From assembly GCA_012841145.1 (NCBI GenBank), contig DUVH01000035.1, positions 8,507-72,506 of the forward strand: 64,000 nt of DNA, given 5' to 3'. This DNA is from Clostridiaceae bacterium (GTDB taxonomy: Bacteria > Bacillota > Clostridia > Saccharofermentanales > DTU023). Both the position numbers and the translations under genes were made by a program. Shown here piece after piece: positions 46,547 to 56,630 of this stretch. Every line of letters begins with the position of its first letter. Position 1 is the first letter of the stretch. The notes under the pieces were generated by a model that saw only the letters and a list, made by a program, of their open reading frames with translations, was not told where the DNA came from and searched no databases.

Positions 46547-46747
46547 ATGGCTTATTTGAAAGTTACTCTGCTCAGAAGCACTAACAACGCCAGCAAAAAG
46601 CATAAGGCGACAGTGCAGGCTCTCGGTTTGAGAAAGATAGGGCAGACTGTCATCCAGAAGGACAACGACGCGATTCGCGGCATGGTTCACCATGTCCGTC
46701 ACCTCGTTGTCGCTGAACCGTATGAAGGAGAAGACGATGAAGCTTAA
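46547..46747 (+). CDS. rpmD: 50S ribosomal protein L30
   Basis: [32 protein letters not shown]. It overlaps the rplO start by 11 bp. Confidence 0.92.
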   Translation: MAYLKVTLLRSTNNASKKHKATVQALGLRKIGQTVIQKDNDAIRGMVHHVRHLVVAEPYEGEDDEA

Positions 46748-47186
46748 TGATCTGAGACCCGTTCCGGGCTCAAACACAAAAGCATCGAGAGTCGGACGCG
46801 GGAGAGGTTCCGGCAGCGGTAAGACTGCAGGTCGCGGGACGAAAGGTCAAAAATCGCGTTCCGGCGGCGGTGTTCGCCCGCAATTTGAAGGCGGACAGAT
46901 GCCGCTTTACCGCCGACTGCCGAAGCGCGGTTTTAACAATAAGCGTTTTGCAAAACAGTACATTACAGTTAATGTCGGCGACTTGATGCGCATGGAAGAA
47001 GGCTCCAGTGTCGATGCCGCTTCCTTGGCGGAAGCCGGCGTCATCTCCCTCCCGAAGGTCAACGACGGCCTCAAGGTTCTGGGTGATGGAGAACTGACGA
47101 TTAAACTCAATGTGAAAGCCAAAGCTTTTACTGCCACGGCCAAAGAAAAAATCGAGAAGGCCGGGGGTACTTGTGAGGTAATCTGA
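46737..47186 (+). CDS. rplO: 50S ribosomal protein L15
   Basis: ATG at 46737 follows [45 protein letters not shown]. Confidence 0.95.
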   Translation: MKLNDLRPVPGSNTKASRVGRGRGSGSGKTAGRGTKGQKSRSGGGVRPQFEGGQMPLYRRLPKRGFNNKRFAKQYITVNVGDLMRMEEGSSVDAASLAEAGVISLPKVNDGLKVLGDGELTIKLNVKAKAFTATAKEKIEKAGGTCEVI

Positions 47187-47187
47187 C

Positions 47188-48480
47188 ATGGGCAGCATGC
47201 TTCAGACGTTAGTAAACGCTTGGAGAATTCCTGATCTCAGGAAAAAACTCCAGTTTACGCTTGTCGCGATCCTGATATACCGACTTGGGACAGCGATCCC
47301 GACGCCGATGATCGACAGTGCGGCATTCGCCGCGCTCGTCGAGCGTTTCGGCCAACTCGGTCAGTTTCTCGATATCATATCCGGTGGTGCATTTAAGTCG
47401 GTCTCCGTGCTGGCGCTCGGTATTTCGCCTTATATCAACGCATCGATTATCATGCAGTTGCTGACATTTGCCATCCCGGCGCTTGAACGCATGTCTAAGG
47501 AAGGCGAAGTCGGGCAGAAGAAGATCCAAAAGATCACGCGTGCCGTCACGCTCGTCCTTTCGCTCGTGATGGCGACGTCGTACGCGCTGATGACGCGCGG
47601 AGCGACGACACCCGGTATTCCCGAGTGGTTGAGCTTGACGATCGTGATTTTGAGCTTCGCGGCCGGCGCGTCGTTCGTCGTCTGGCTAGGCGAGCAAATC
47701 GATGCGCGCGGAGTCGGGAACGGCATTTCGCTCATTATCTTTATCGGTATTGCGAGCCGTCTGCCGAGCGGCGCTAAAACGTTGTTCCTTTACTTCCAAG
47801 GCTTGACCGTGACGAAAAACATCTTGCTCGCGATCGGACTCGTCTTACTCGTCGTTTTCGTATTCATAGCGATCATCACGATCGTCGTGTTCGTACAGAG
47901 CGCTGAGAGACGGATCCCTGTTCAGTACACGAAACGTGTCGTCGGTCGGAAAGTCTATGGAGGACAGAGCACATATCTGCCGATCAAAGTTAACCAATCA
48001 GGTGTTCTGCCGGTCATCTTCGCAATGTCGGTTCTGATGGTTCCGTCGACGATCGCATCCTTTACGGGAAGTACGGGTAAATTCGCGATGTGGTTGATGA
48101 ACTTCAATCAGAACCCTCTCTACTACGTCGTTTACACGATCATGATTGTGGCTTTTACGTTCTTCTACGCGACGATCAGTTTCAATCCGGTCGATATCGC
48201 GAACAACTTGCAGAAGAATGGCGGCTACATACTCGGCATTCGTCCGGGACGTCCTACGGCTGAATTTATCGGCAGAACGGCGCGCCGTCTCAACTGGTTC
48301 GAGTCGGTGTTCCTCGCCATCCTCGTCCTGATGCCTTCGGTGCTCGGCATGATTACGGGCGCACACGGTATCTGGTTCGGCGGAACGGCCGTACTGATCT
48401 TAGTCGGCGTGGCGATGGATATTGTGAATCAACTTGAAGCGCAGATGCTCATGCGCCACTACAAGGGTTTCCTTGATTGA
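47188..48480 (+). CDS. secY: Preprotein translocase subunit SecY
   Basis: 10-TM pattern with LRKKLQFTLVAILIYRLGTAIPTP and GISPYINASIIMQLL. Confidence 0.96.
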   Translation: MGSMLQTLVNAWRIPDLRKKLQFTLVAILIYRLGTAIPTPMIDSAAFAALVERFGQLGQFLDIISGGAFKSVSVLALGISPYINASIIMQLLTFAIPALERMSKEGEVGQKKIQKITRAVTLVLSLVMATSYALMTRGATTPGIPEWLSLTIVILSFAAGASFVVWLGEQIDARGVGNGISLIIFIGIASRLPSGAKTLFLYFQGLTVTKNILLAIGLVLLVVFVFIAIITIVVFVQSAERRIPVQYTKRVVGRKVYGGQSTYLPIKVNQSGVLPVIFAMSVLMVPSTIASFTGSTGKFAMWLMNFNQNPLYYVVYTIMIVAFTFFYATISFNPVDIANNLQKNGGYILGIRPGRPTAEFIGRTARRLNWFESVFLAILVLMPSVLGMITGAHGIWFGGTAVLILVGVAMDIVNQLEAQMLMRHYKGFLD

Positions 48481-48494
48481 TGAGGGAGTTGACC

Positions 48495-49163
48495 ATGGGC
48501 AAGCGACTAATATTATTGGGTGCGCCGGGCAGCGGCAAAGGGACTTGGTCGAAGATTATCTCCGACGAAAAAGGTCTGGCTCATATCGCGACCGGCGACC
48601 TCTTCCGTGCGGAACTCGCTGCGGAGACACCGCTCGGTTGTGAAGTCAAGTCATACATGGAACAGGGCGCTCTCGTGCCGGATGAGCTGACCATTAAGCT
48701 CGTCGAAAAGGCGCTCACCGACAAAAACGCGTCGAACGGTTTTGTCCTCGACGGCTTTCCGCGGACAATCCCGCAGGCCGAAGCGCTGGGCGAATTGCTC
48801 GAGAAGCGCGGTCTGGCGATTGACGTGGTGATCAATCTCATCATTGACGAAAGCATCCTCATCGAACGGACTCTTTCTCGTCTCGTGTGCATCAAGTGCG
48901 GTCAGCCGTACAATGCGAAGAACATGGCGCCTGCTGTCGAAGGAACGTGTGATCATTGCGGCGGAAACGTTGTTCACCGTAGCGATGATACGGAAGAGAC
49001 TCTCAGAAAGCGCTTGGAAGCTTACCATTTAAGCACGGCGCCGCTGATCGACTATTACGGAAACCGTGATCTGCTCGTCGCGTTCTCAAATGACGGCCCG
49101 CCGAGCGATGAGACACGCAACAGGCTTTTTGCCTTGATCGACGGAGCGAAGGGGAAGGCATGA
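48495..49163 (+). CDS. adk: Adenylate kinase (Zn-lid type)
   Basis: ATG at 48495 follows GAGGGAG. P-loop LLGAPGSGKGT. Lid CIKCGQ...CDHCGG. Confidence 0.95.
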   Translation: MGKRLILLGAPGSGKGTWSKIISDEKGLAHIATGDLFRAELAAETPLGCEVKSYMEQGALVPDELTIKLVEKALTDKNASNGFVLDGFPRTIPQAEALGELLEKRGLAIDVVINLIIDESILIERTLSRLVCIKCGQPYNAKNMAPAVEGTCDHCGGNVVHRSDDTEETLRKRLEAYHLSTAPLIDYYGNRDLLVAFSNDGPPSDETRNRLFALIDGAKGKA

Positions 49164-49927
49164 TTCGGATTAAGTCCGACGAAGAAATTCTCGCGATGAA
49201 AAAATCGGGCGCAGTCGTCGCGTCGGTTTTTGAAGCGATCGCTCCCTTGATGAAACCCGGTGTATCGACCGGAGACATCGATCGCGTTGCGCATGAAGTC
49301 ATCGTCGGAGCGGGGGCGATACCGTCGTTTCTCGGATACGGCGGATCCGGGGTCGTACCGTTTCCTGCGGCAACTTGTATCTCCATCGACGACGAAGTCG
49401 TTCACGGGATTCCGAGCGACGATCGCTTTTTAGAGGACGGTATGGTCGTATCAGTCGATGTCGGCGCGTACCTCGATGGATTTCACAGTGACGCGGCGAG
49501 AACGTACATCATCGGCAATGTGCCGCCTCGCGTAAGAGAGCTCGTCGAAGTGACGGAAGAATCTTTTTGGAAAGGGCTCGAGAAAGCGCGACCGGGCAAC
49601 AGGATCGGCGATATCTCCGCGGCTGTGCAGCAACATTGCGAGTCGCACGGATTCGGCGTCATCCGCGTGTTGACAGGCCATGGCGTCGGAAGGGAACTTC
49701 ACGAGTCGCCCAATTTGCCGAACTTCGGCAGAAAAGGACGCGGACTGAGGCTCCAAGCCGGCATGACGCTGGCACTTGAGCCTATGGTGACGCTCGGCTC
49801 GTATAATGTGGTGATGACATCGAATGACTGGACGTTCGTTACGGTGGACGGGCAGCCGTCCTCGCACTACGAGAACACGTTTGCCATCACGGATGAGGGT
49901 CCCGTCGTTCTGACGTTGCGCCCTTGA
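49160..49927 (+). CDS. map: Type I methionine aminopeptidase
   Basis: IRIKSDEEILAMKKSG...VVHGIP...DVGAYLDGFHSD...HGVGRELHE. Confidence 0.94.
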   Translation: MIRIKSDEEILAMKKSGAVVASVFEAIAPLMKPGVSTGDIDRVAHEVIVGAGAIPSFLGYGGSGVVPFPAATCISIDDEVVHGIPSDDRFLEDGMVVSVDVGAYLDGFHSDAARTYIIGNVPPRVRELVEVTEESFWKGLEKARPGNRIGDISAAVQQHCESHGFGVIRVLTGHGVGRELHESPNLPNFGRKGRGLRLQAGMTLALEPMVTLGSYNVVMTSNDWTFVTVDGQPSSHYENTFAITDEGPVVLTLRP

Positions 49928-49940
49928 GGTCGGAAAGTCG

Positions 49941-50297
49941 ATGTGTGAAGGCGACAGAGCCGTGGCGTACCGGCTGCCGGCGAAGTTCGTACCCGGCATG
50001 GTCGTCCGATCGCGTGCCGGCCACGACAGAGGACGATTGTACATTGTCATCGGAGTTGAGTCGGAGAATTATCTTCTCCTGACAGATGGCAATAAGAGAA
50101 CACTTGCCAATGCGAAACGCAAGAACGCGAAGCACGTCCAAACCGTTGGACATGCGATAACTTCGCAGGAACTGGCGGAGGCACTCCGCCGGGAGACTTG
50201 CGAGAGAGAGCGAGATACGTTCATCCGACAGTTGATTCGCGCATGGGAAGAGACATGTGCACCGATTCAAAAGAGTGAGAGCTCATCGGAGGAGTAG
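49941..50297 (+). CDS. KOW-domain RNA-binding protein (conserved between map and infA in Clostridia)
   Basis: PGMVVRSRAGHDRGRLYIVIGVESENYLLLTDGNKRTLANAKRKNAKHVQ. Confidence 0.7.
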   Translation: MCEGDRAVAYRLPAKFVPGMVVRSRAGHDRGRLYIVIGVESENYLLLTDGNKRTLANAKRKNAKHVQTVGHAITSQELAEALRRETCERERDTFIRQLIRAWEETCAPIQKSESSSEE

Positions 50298-50516
50298 ATG
50301 CCGAAAGAAGATAAAATTGAAGTTAAAGGAGTCGTTGTCGATGCCATGCCGAATGCCGTTTTCCGTGTAAGGCTGGAAAACGGATTCGAAGTGATTGCTC
50401 ATATTTCGGGCAAGTTGCGACAGAACTACATCAAAATTCTTACAGGTGACCACGTTACCGTAGAACTGTCTCCGTATGACTTGACGAGAGGACGCATCAC
50501 TTGGCGCTCGAAGTGA
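50298..50516 (+). CDS. infA: Translation initiation factor IF-1
   Basis: [41 protein letters not shown]. Confidence 0.96.
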   Translation: MPKEDKIEVKGVVVDAMPNAVFRVRLENGFEVIAHISGKLRQNYIKILTGDHVTVELSPYDLTRGRITWRSK

Positions 50517-50592
50517 GAGCTTGCATTTTACAGCGTCTCGCGCTAAAATTATTAGCTGTGTGTGTTGACACGCAGCATAAAGGAGGAGAACC

Positions 50593-50706
50593 ATGAAAGT
50601 TAGACCTTCGGTCAAACCAATCTGCGAAAAATGCCGTGTGATCAAGCGCCGTGGGCGTGTCATGGTAATCTGCAGTGACCCGAAACATAAGCAGAGACAA
50701 GGCTGA
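50593..50706 (+). CDS. rpmJ: 50S ribosomal protein L36 (Zn-binding)
   Basis: Not in the ORF track because it is under 60 aa. My translation is [37 protein letters not shown], preceded by AGGAGGAG. Confidence 0.93.
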   Translation: MKVRPSVKPICEKCRVIKRRGRVMVICSDPKHKQRQG

Positions 50707-50813
50707 TCGTCGCGTCTCGCTTTGAGATAATGTGCGGCACGGGATTTGTGACGAATCGTCAACTGTCCGTGGTCGCTTATGATAAGCCATACGAGCATAA
50801 TTGGAGGTAGCGA

Positions 50814-51182
50814 ATGGCACGTATTGCCGGGGTAGATTTGCCCAATGATAAACGCGTTGAGATTGGCCTGACCGCCATTTACGGTATCGGTCGCTCACGA
50901 TCAAATGAAATCCTCGCGGCGGCTGAAGTCAGTCCCGATACGCGTGTCCGTGATCTGACGGATGATGAGATTACGCGTATTCGTGAGGTATTGGAACATC
51001 ATTACATCGTTGAAGGTGACTTGCGCCGTGAGCGCGCAATGAATATCAAGCGCCTATCGGAGATCGGCTGTTACCGCGGTCGCCGTCACCGTACCGGCCT
51101 TCCGGTAAGGGGACAGCGTACGCGCACCAACGCGAGAACACGCAAAGGTCCGAGACGCACGATGGCGAAGAAAAAGAGATAA
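50814..51182 (+). CDS. rpsM: 30S ribosomal protein S13
   Basis: [26 protein letters not shown]. Confidence 0.96.
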   Translation: MARIAGVDLPNDKRVEIGLTAIYGIGRSRSNEILAAAEVSPDTRVRDLTDDEITRIREVLEHHYIVEGDLRRERAMNIKRLSEIGCYRGRRHRTGLPVRGQRTRTNARTRKGPRRTMAKKKR

Positions 51183-51194
51183 GGAGGACGAACC

Positions 51195-51593
51195 GTGTCT
51201 AGAAAAGGACGTCCAGTAGCAAGAACGAGAAGACGTGACCGGAAAAATGTCGAGCGCGGACATGCGCATATCCGTTCGTCCTTTAACAATACGATCATAA
51301 CGATCACCGACCCTGCAGGCAACGTGATTTCCTGGTCGAGTTCAGGAGCACAAGGCATGAAAGGTTCGCGTAAAGGGACCCCGTTCGCGGCACAGTTGGC
51401 AGCGGAGACAGCAGCCCGCAAAGCCGTCGAGCACGGTATGAAGACAGTTGAAGTCTACGTACGTGGCCCCGGATCAGGTCGTGAGTCGGCGATTCGCGCC
51501 CTCGCGACGGGCGGTTTGGATATCGTCTTGATCAAAGACGTGACGCCGATCCCGCATAACGGGTGTCGCCCGCCCAAACGCAGAAGAGTTTAA
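51195..51593 (+). CDS. rpsK: 30S ribosomal protein S11
   Basis: [33 protein letters not shown] start follows TAAGGAGG. Confidence 0.96.
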   Translation: MSRKGRPVARTRRRDRKNVERGHAHIRSSFNNTIITITDPAGNVISWSSSGAQGMKGSRKGTPFAAQLAAETAARKAVEHGMKTVEVYVRGPGSGRESAIRALATGGLDIVLIKDVTPIPHNGCRPPKRRRV

Positions 51594-51608
51594 TAGGAGA
51601 CAGGAAAC

Positions 51609-52190
51609 ATGGCAAAAGATCGATCACCCATCCTGAAGCGAGCCCGCTCACTCGATATCGCACCTCAGATGTTGGGAATCAATAAAAAATCGAGAAGAAA
51701 TCCGAAGCAGTCGCGTAGAAAAGAAGGCGAGTACGGTCGCCAGCTCAAGGCGAAACAATCTGTCAAGTTTATTTACGGTGTGTTGGAAAAGCAATTCCGC
51801 AATACGTATGACCGTGCGACGAAAATGCCCGGAAAGAGCGGTGAAAATCTGCTGAAGCTTTTGGAGCTGAGGCTTGACAATGTTGTCTACCGCATGGGGT
51901 TTACGTCAACGCGCGCACAGGCTCGTCAACTGATTAATCACGGACATTTTAATCTGAACGGTCACCGTGCCAGCATCCCTTCGATGACGGTATCGCCCGG
52001 TGATGAAGTTGCCGTCCGCGAAAATTCGCGCAGCGTGAAAGTCTTTGAAGATCTGCCGAACACGATCGTTCCGAATTGGATGACGTTTGATGCTTCGGCT
52101 CTCAAGGGCACGATCCTCAGAGTTCCCGAGCGTGAAGAAATTGATGTCCCCGTCGAAGAGACATTGATTGTTGAGTTCTACTCGAAGTAA
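51609..52190 (+). CDS. rpsD: 30S ribosomal protein S4
   Basis: GEYGRQLKAKQSVKFIYGVLEKQFRN...LELRLDNVVYRMGF. Confidence 0.95.
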   Translation: MAKDRSPILKRARSLDIAPQMLGINKKSRRNPKQSRRKEGEYGRQLKAKQSVKFIYGVLEKQFRNTYDRATKMPGKSGENLLKLLELRLDNVVYRMGFTSTRAQARQLINHGHFNLNGHRASIPSMTVSPGDEVAVRENSRSVKVFEDLPNTIVPNWMTFDASALKGTILRVPEREEIDVPVEETLIVEFYSK

Positions 52191-52230
52191 TTCGCATGTC
52201 TATCGGAACAGCTCGACCATGGAGGCTCAC

Positions 52231-53184
52231 ATGATTGAAGTCAAAAATACAAATATTGAATACAAAACACACTCGGAAGATGAAACGTACGGGTTGTTCG
52301 TCGCTGAACCGCTTGAGCGCGGTTACGGCATCACGTTAGGCAATGCGCTTCGCCGTGTGCTGCTCTCGTCCTTGCCGGGTTGCGCTGTGACATCGATTCG
52401 CATTGAAGGCGTTTTTCAGGAATATTCGACCATTCCGGGCGTGATTGAGGACGTTACGGAAATTTTGCTGAACATCAAGCAAATTCGCGCGAGATTGAGC
52501 GTGCCGGGCCCGAAGACAGTCTTTATCAACAAGGAAGCCAATTATTCCGGCCCCGTCCGCGCCGGCGAGTTTATTCAGAGTGATGAGCTCGAGATCATCA
52601 ATCCCGATCTCGTTATCGCTCACATGAACGGCGAAGGACCTCTGTTTATGGGACTGACGTTTAATTCAGGTATCGGTTACAAGAGCGCCGAACAGAATAA
52701 AGACGCCAATGCGCCAATCGGCGTGATTCCGATTGACAGTATCTTTACGCCGATTCGTAAGGTCAATTTCCACGTCGAAGATACGCGTGTCGGCCAAGTT
52801 ACCGACTACGACAAGCTGACACTAGAAGTTTGGACGGACGGGACGATTACTGCGGAAGACGCGCTGGCGAAGGCGTCCGAGATTTTGATCGGGCATCTCA
52901 ACCTCTTCCTGTCGATGACGCACGATAATACGGTGCCGGAGCCTGAAACGCTTCATATTGACGAGAAGGAGAAGAGCATCTACGACGCGCCGATTGAAGA
53001 ATTGAAATTTTCAACGCGTATCTTCAATTCGTTGAAGCGCGCCGATATCCATACCGTCGCCGACCTCGTCGCGAAATCATACGATGACTTGATGAAAGTC
53101 AGAAATCTCGGGACGACGTCACTCGCGGAGCTCGTCGAAAAACTCGACGCACTTGATCTCAAATTGGCAGATCCGGAAAACTAG
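52231..53184 (+). CDS. rpoA: DNA-directed RNA polymerase alpha subunit
   Basis: ATG at 52231 follows [28 protein letters not shown] and alpha-[25 protein letters not shown]. Confidence 0.95.
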   Translation: MIEVKNTNIEYKTHSEDETYGLFVAEPLERGYGITLGNALRRVLLSSLPGCAVTSIRIEGVFQEYSTIPGVIEDVTEILLNIKQIRARLSVPGPKTVFINKEANYSGPVRAGEFIQSDELEIINPDLVIAHMNGEGPLFMGLTFNSGIGYKSAEQNKDANAPIGVIPIDSIFTPIRKVNFHVEDTRVGQVTDYDKLTLEVWTDGTITAEDALAKASEILIGHLNLFLSMTHDNTVPEPETLHIDEKEKSIYDAPIEELKFSTRIFNSLKRADIHTVADLVAKSYDDLMKVRNLGTTSLAELVEKLDALDLKLADPEN

Positions 53185-53204
53185 GAAAGAAGGAGTACCA
53201 TCTC

Positions 53205-53729
53205 ATGGCAGGATATAGAAGACTCAGCCAAAAAACGGCTGCGAGGAAGTCAATGCTGCGAAATCTCGTCACATCCCTAATCGTTCACGGCAAAGTGACG
53301 ACGACGGAGACGCGCGCAAAAGAAACGGCTCGTATCGCCGAGAAGATTATCTCGCTTGCCGTGAAAGAGCAGAACAATTTCACAACAAGAACCGTTCAAG
53401 TATCAGGAGCGAAACTTGACGATAAAGGGCGTAAGATTCTCCGCACGGCGACGTCGAAAAACGATCGCAAGTATGATGTCGTTGAACGTGAGATGAAGAC
53501 GAAGACAGTACAAGTTGACATGCCTTCGAGGCTTGCCGCTCGCCGTAAAATCATGAACGTGCTCGTTGAGACACGTGACGAAGACGGTAAGCGCGTCAAT
53601 ACAGTCAACCACCTGTTCAATACGGTCGCTCCTCGTTACGCGGGGCGTTCCGGAGGATATACGCGCATTACGAAACTCGGTCCGCGTCGCGGTGACGCCG
53701 CGCCGATGGCAGTCATTGAGCTTGTTTAG
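53205..53729 (+). CDS. rplQ: 50S ribosomal protein L17 with an internal insertion of about 50 aa
   Basis: [27 protein letters not shown] and C-terminal [24 protein letters not shown]. At 174 aa it exceeds the roughly 115-130 aa I recall as typical. Confidence 0.92.
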   Translation: MAGYRRLSQKTAARKSMLRNLVTSLIVHGKVTTTETRAKETARIAEKIISLAVKEQNNFTTRTVQVSGAKLDDKGRKILRTATSKNDRKYDVVEREMKTKTVQVDMPSRLAARRKIMNVLVETRDEDGKRVNTVNHLFNTVAPRYAGRSGGYTRITKLGPRRGDAAPMAVIELV

Positions 53730-53777
53730 ACTTATCTGGCACGTCATTTTCCGTGGCGTTGACCGTGGAAATGGTTG

Positions 53778-53811
53778 GACCGAACGCCCCCGGCATTCGG
53801 TCTTTTCTTTT
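53778..53811 (+). terminator. Rho-independent terminator after rplQ
   Basis: GACCGAA...TTCGGTC stem (with inner GCC/GGC pairs) followed by TTTTCTTTT. Confidence 0.65.
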
Positions 53812-53897
53812 GCATAGGTAAGATGCTCGCGATAATTCAACCCATTGCACGGGTGGATTACGATCAATTCATTTGATCAGTCCGGAGGAGTTGCCCG

Positions 53898-55679
53898 GTG
53901 ATTCATTTTAAGGATGTCAGTTATACATACGGCGCTGAAGAGGGGCAGCTCCCGATTCGCGCCGTCGATCACGTCTCTTTCCACGTAAAAAAAGGTTCAC
54001 ACGTTGCGCTCCTCGGCCGCAACGGATCAGGCAAGTCGACGATCGCTCGCCTGATCAACGGGCTGTTGCTTCCCGATGAGGGTTCCGTCCTCGTCAACGG
54101 CATGGACACGACAGACTCACTCGATATATTTGAGATTCGCCGTATCTGCGGTATGGTCTTTCAAAACCCCGACAATCAATTGATCGGTGCGACGGTCGCT
54201 GACGACATCGCTTTCGGTCCGTGCAATTTGGAGCTTCCGATCGACGAAGTAAACGCACGAGTCGATGAAGCGCTTCGGAGTTCAGGTCTTACCGCTTTAC
54301 GCGATCGCGCCCCGCACAATTTATCTGGCGGTCAAAAGCAAAAACTCGCCATCGCATCGATCTTGGCGATGGAACCGGAGTGCATTATTCTCGACGAAGC
54401 GACATCAATGCTCGATCCGATGTCAAGGCGCAGTGTGATGGAGCTCATCCTCGAGCTGAAGGAGAAGTCCGATATTTCGATCGTCCAGATCACGCATCAT
54501 ATGGAAGAGGCCGTGCTCGCCGATTACGTGTACGTGATCAGTGACGGGAGCATCGTATTGGAGGGGACGCCCGCTGAAGTTTTTGATCAATTCGAGCGGG
54601 TTCGCGCCGAAGGACTTTCCGTTCCCGTGCATATTGAGATCGCCCGCCGCATCGCCGATACGACTGACACATATTACCGACCGGAAGATATTTTTTCATT
54701 TGAAGGAGCCGTTTCATTCGTTCGCGGTGTTATAGAATCCCGTACTTCCTCTGAATCGACCGGAGACCTCGACGCAGGTTACGAAATCGGCGAAAGACGC
54801 GGTGTGGATAACGCATCGCAAGATCTCGATCGTGAGCGTGTGATCGAGATTTCCAACCTCTCATTTGACTACGTCTCCGATGCGGGAGAACCTGTCAGAG
54901 CGCTTGAAGATGTCTCATTTTCAGTTGAAAAAGGGGAGATTCTCGGTATCTTAGGTCACACCGGTTCGGGGAAGTCGACACTGATACAGCATATCAACGG
55001 TATTATCCCCTCAAAGAAGGGAACGGTTGTCGTTCTCGGGCGTGATCTTTCCGACAGAAAGACGGTTCGCGACATTCGCCGTCACGTGGGACTTCTCTTT
55101 CAATACCCCGAGGATCAGTTATTTGAAGAGACTGTTGCGCTTGATATTGCCTTTGCGCCGAAGCAGCTGAATCGTACGCCGAAAGAAGTCGAGCGCGCCG
55201 TATTGAGTGCGGCGAGAAGGCTTGGGGTCGAATCAATTTTGCATCGTTCGCCCTTTGAACTGTCGGGCGGACAGCGTCGACGCGTCGCCATCGCCGGCGT
55301 CTTGGCTGCGGAACCCGACATCATCATGATGGATGAACCGGCGGCCGGGCTTGACCCTTCAGGGCGCGATGAGCTTTTTTCAGACTTGGTGACGCTTGTG
55401 GACGAAGGGGCGACGCTTCTCATCGTCTCACACGATATGGAGACGATGGCTTGCCTTTGCGATCGCATCCTGATATTAAACAACGGCAAAGTAGCGGGAT
55501 ACGGCACACCGCGCGAGATGACCTCTTCGGCTGATTTCCTTCAGAGCGTCTCCCTCGATATTCCGTCCTCAAAACGATTTCTCAACTGTTTTGTTGACTT
55601 GTTCCCGGGACTTGATACAAACTGTTATACAGCTGAAGAAGCGGCCTGCGCGCTCTTAAGAGCGGTTGCCGAGGGCTGA
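53898..55679 (+). CDS. ecfA: ECF transporter ATPase with the EcfA1 and EcfA2 modules fused in one polypeptide
   Basis: Two complete ABC cassettes: GRNGSGKST/LSGGQKQK/ILDEATS and GHTGSGKST/LSGGQRRR/IMMDEPAA. They are joined by a linker of about 40 aa in a single 593-aa ORF. GTG start follows GGAGGAG. Confidence 0.88.
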   Translation: MIHFKDVSYTYGAEEGQLPIRAVDHVSFHVKKGSHVALLGRNGSGKSTIARLINGLLLPDEGSVLVNGMDTTDSLDIFEIRRICGMVFQNPDNQLIGATVADDIAFGPCNLELPIDEVNARVDEALRSSGLTALRDRAPHNLSGGQKQKLAIASILAMEPECIILDEATSMLDPMSRRSVMELILELKEKSDISIVQITHHMEEAVLADYVYVISDGSIVLEGTPAEVFDQFERVRAEGLSVPVHIEIARRIADTTDTYYRPEDIFSFEGAVSFVRGVIESRTSSESTGDLDAGYEIGERRGVDNASQDLDRERVIEISNLSFDYVSDAGEPVRALEDVSFSVEKGEILGILGHTGSGKSTLIQHINGIIPSKKGTVVVLGRDLSDRKTVRDIRRHVGLLFQYPEDQLFEETVALDIAFAPKQLNRTPKEVERAVLSAARRLGVESILHRSPFELSGGQRRRVAIAGVLAAEPDIIMMDEPAAGLDPSGRDELFSDLVTLVDEGATLLIVSHDMETMACLCDRILILNNGKVAGYGTPREMTSSADFLQSVSLDIPSSKRFLNCFVDLFPGLDTNCYTAEEAACALLRAVAEG

Positions 55680-55728
55680 TATGTCAGCCAGTTGCCGTCG
55701 ATAGTTCGTTCATTAGGAAAGAGATGCT

Positions 55729-56550
55729 ATGAAATCGCGCAGTATGCTAGGTCGGTCAGTCCCCGGGACATCGCTGATACACCGCCTTGACGCGCGCGTA
55801 AAATTCATAGGCGCTATCGTGCTGATGGTGGCGACGCTCTCCGCACGCGATGTACGCATCTTAGCCGTTTTTCTTCTTTGGACAATAACTGTCATGCTGA
55901 TTTCGCGCATTAAACTCAAGCTGATCATGCGCAGTGTGCGCCCGCTTCTGTTCATTATCATTTTCGCGACGCTGTTACATCTTTTCACTGTTGAGGGGCA
56001 CGTGATCTTACAGCTGGGGACTATCAAGGTCACACGAGAGGGTTTGATCTCGGGCGGTATGACGGCACTGCGCTTAGTGCTGATGGTTGTCAATACTTCT
56101 CTGTTTTTGACATTGACGACGACGCCGCTCGCCATCGCCGACGCGCTGGAGAGTTTGTTGTCGCCTCTGCGCCATCTTCGGTTTCCCGTCCACGAGTTCG
56201 CGATGATGATGTCGATCGCGCTTCGATTCGTCCCCACACTTCTCGATGAAGCCGATAAGATTATGAAGGCTCAGTCCTCGCGCGGCGCCGATTACGATAC
56301 GGGTGGGCCGCTTCGCAGAATACGCGGACTCGTCAGCATACTTGTCCCGCTGTTTATCTCCAGTTTCCGGCGGGCAGACGACCTCGCCGTCGCTATGGAA
56401 GCTCGCTGTTATCGAGGCGGCGTCGCTAGAACACGCTTACACACATTGAAGTTATCGGTCATCGATGTTATTTTCTCCGTCATCCTGATTATAATGCTGC
56501 TGCTCGTCATCGTCGTAGAGCCGTATTTGCCGCCCTTGATCGCCGTTTGA
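55729..56550 (+). CDS. ecfT: ECF transporter transmembrane (T) component
   Basis: Polytopic CbiQ-like protein. The conserved Ala-Arg-Gly-type coupling region is seen as KAQSSRGAD and AMEARCYRG. Confidence 0.88.
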   Translation: MKSRSMLGRSVPGTSLIHRLDARVKFIGAIVLMVATLSARDVRILAVFLLWTITVMLISRIKLKLIMRSVRPLLFIIIFATLLHLFTVEGHVILQLGTIKVTREGLISGGMTALRLVLMVVNTSLFLTLTTTPLAIADALESLLSPLRHLRFPVHEFAMMMSIALRFVPTLLDEADKIMKAQSSRGADYDTGGPLRRIRGLVSILVPLFISSFRRADDLAVAMEARCYRGGVARTRLHTLKLSVIDVIFSVILIIMLLLVIVVEPYLPPLIAV

Positions 56551-56630
56551 GATTTTTTCCACTGCATGGAACCAAAACTTAAGCATAAGAATAGATCGGC
56601 GTCTGAATTAATCAGTGATATGATAGAAAC

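Noticed and set aside
50707-50813. Possible S4-binding alpha-operon leader between rpmJ and rpsM
   Set aside because: The 107-nt gap is compatible with one, but I could not identify a convincing pseudoknot or hairpin by eye.
50283-50904. 171-aa and 135-aa minus-strand ORFs
   Set aside because: They are antisense to infA, rpmJ and rpsM. The real small gene here is rpmJ on the plus strand.
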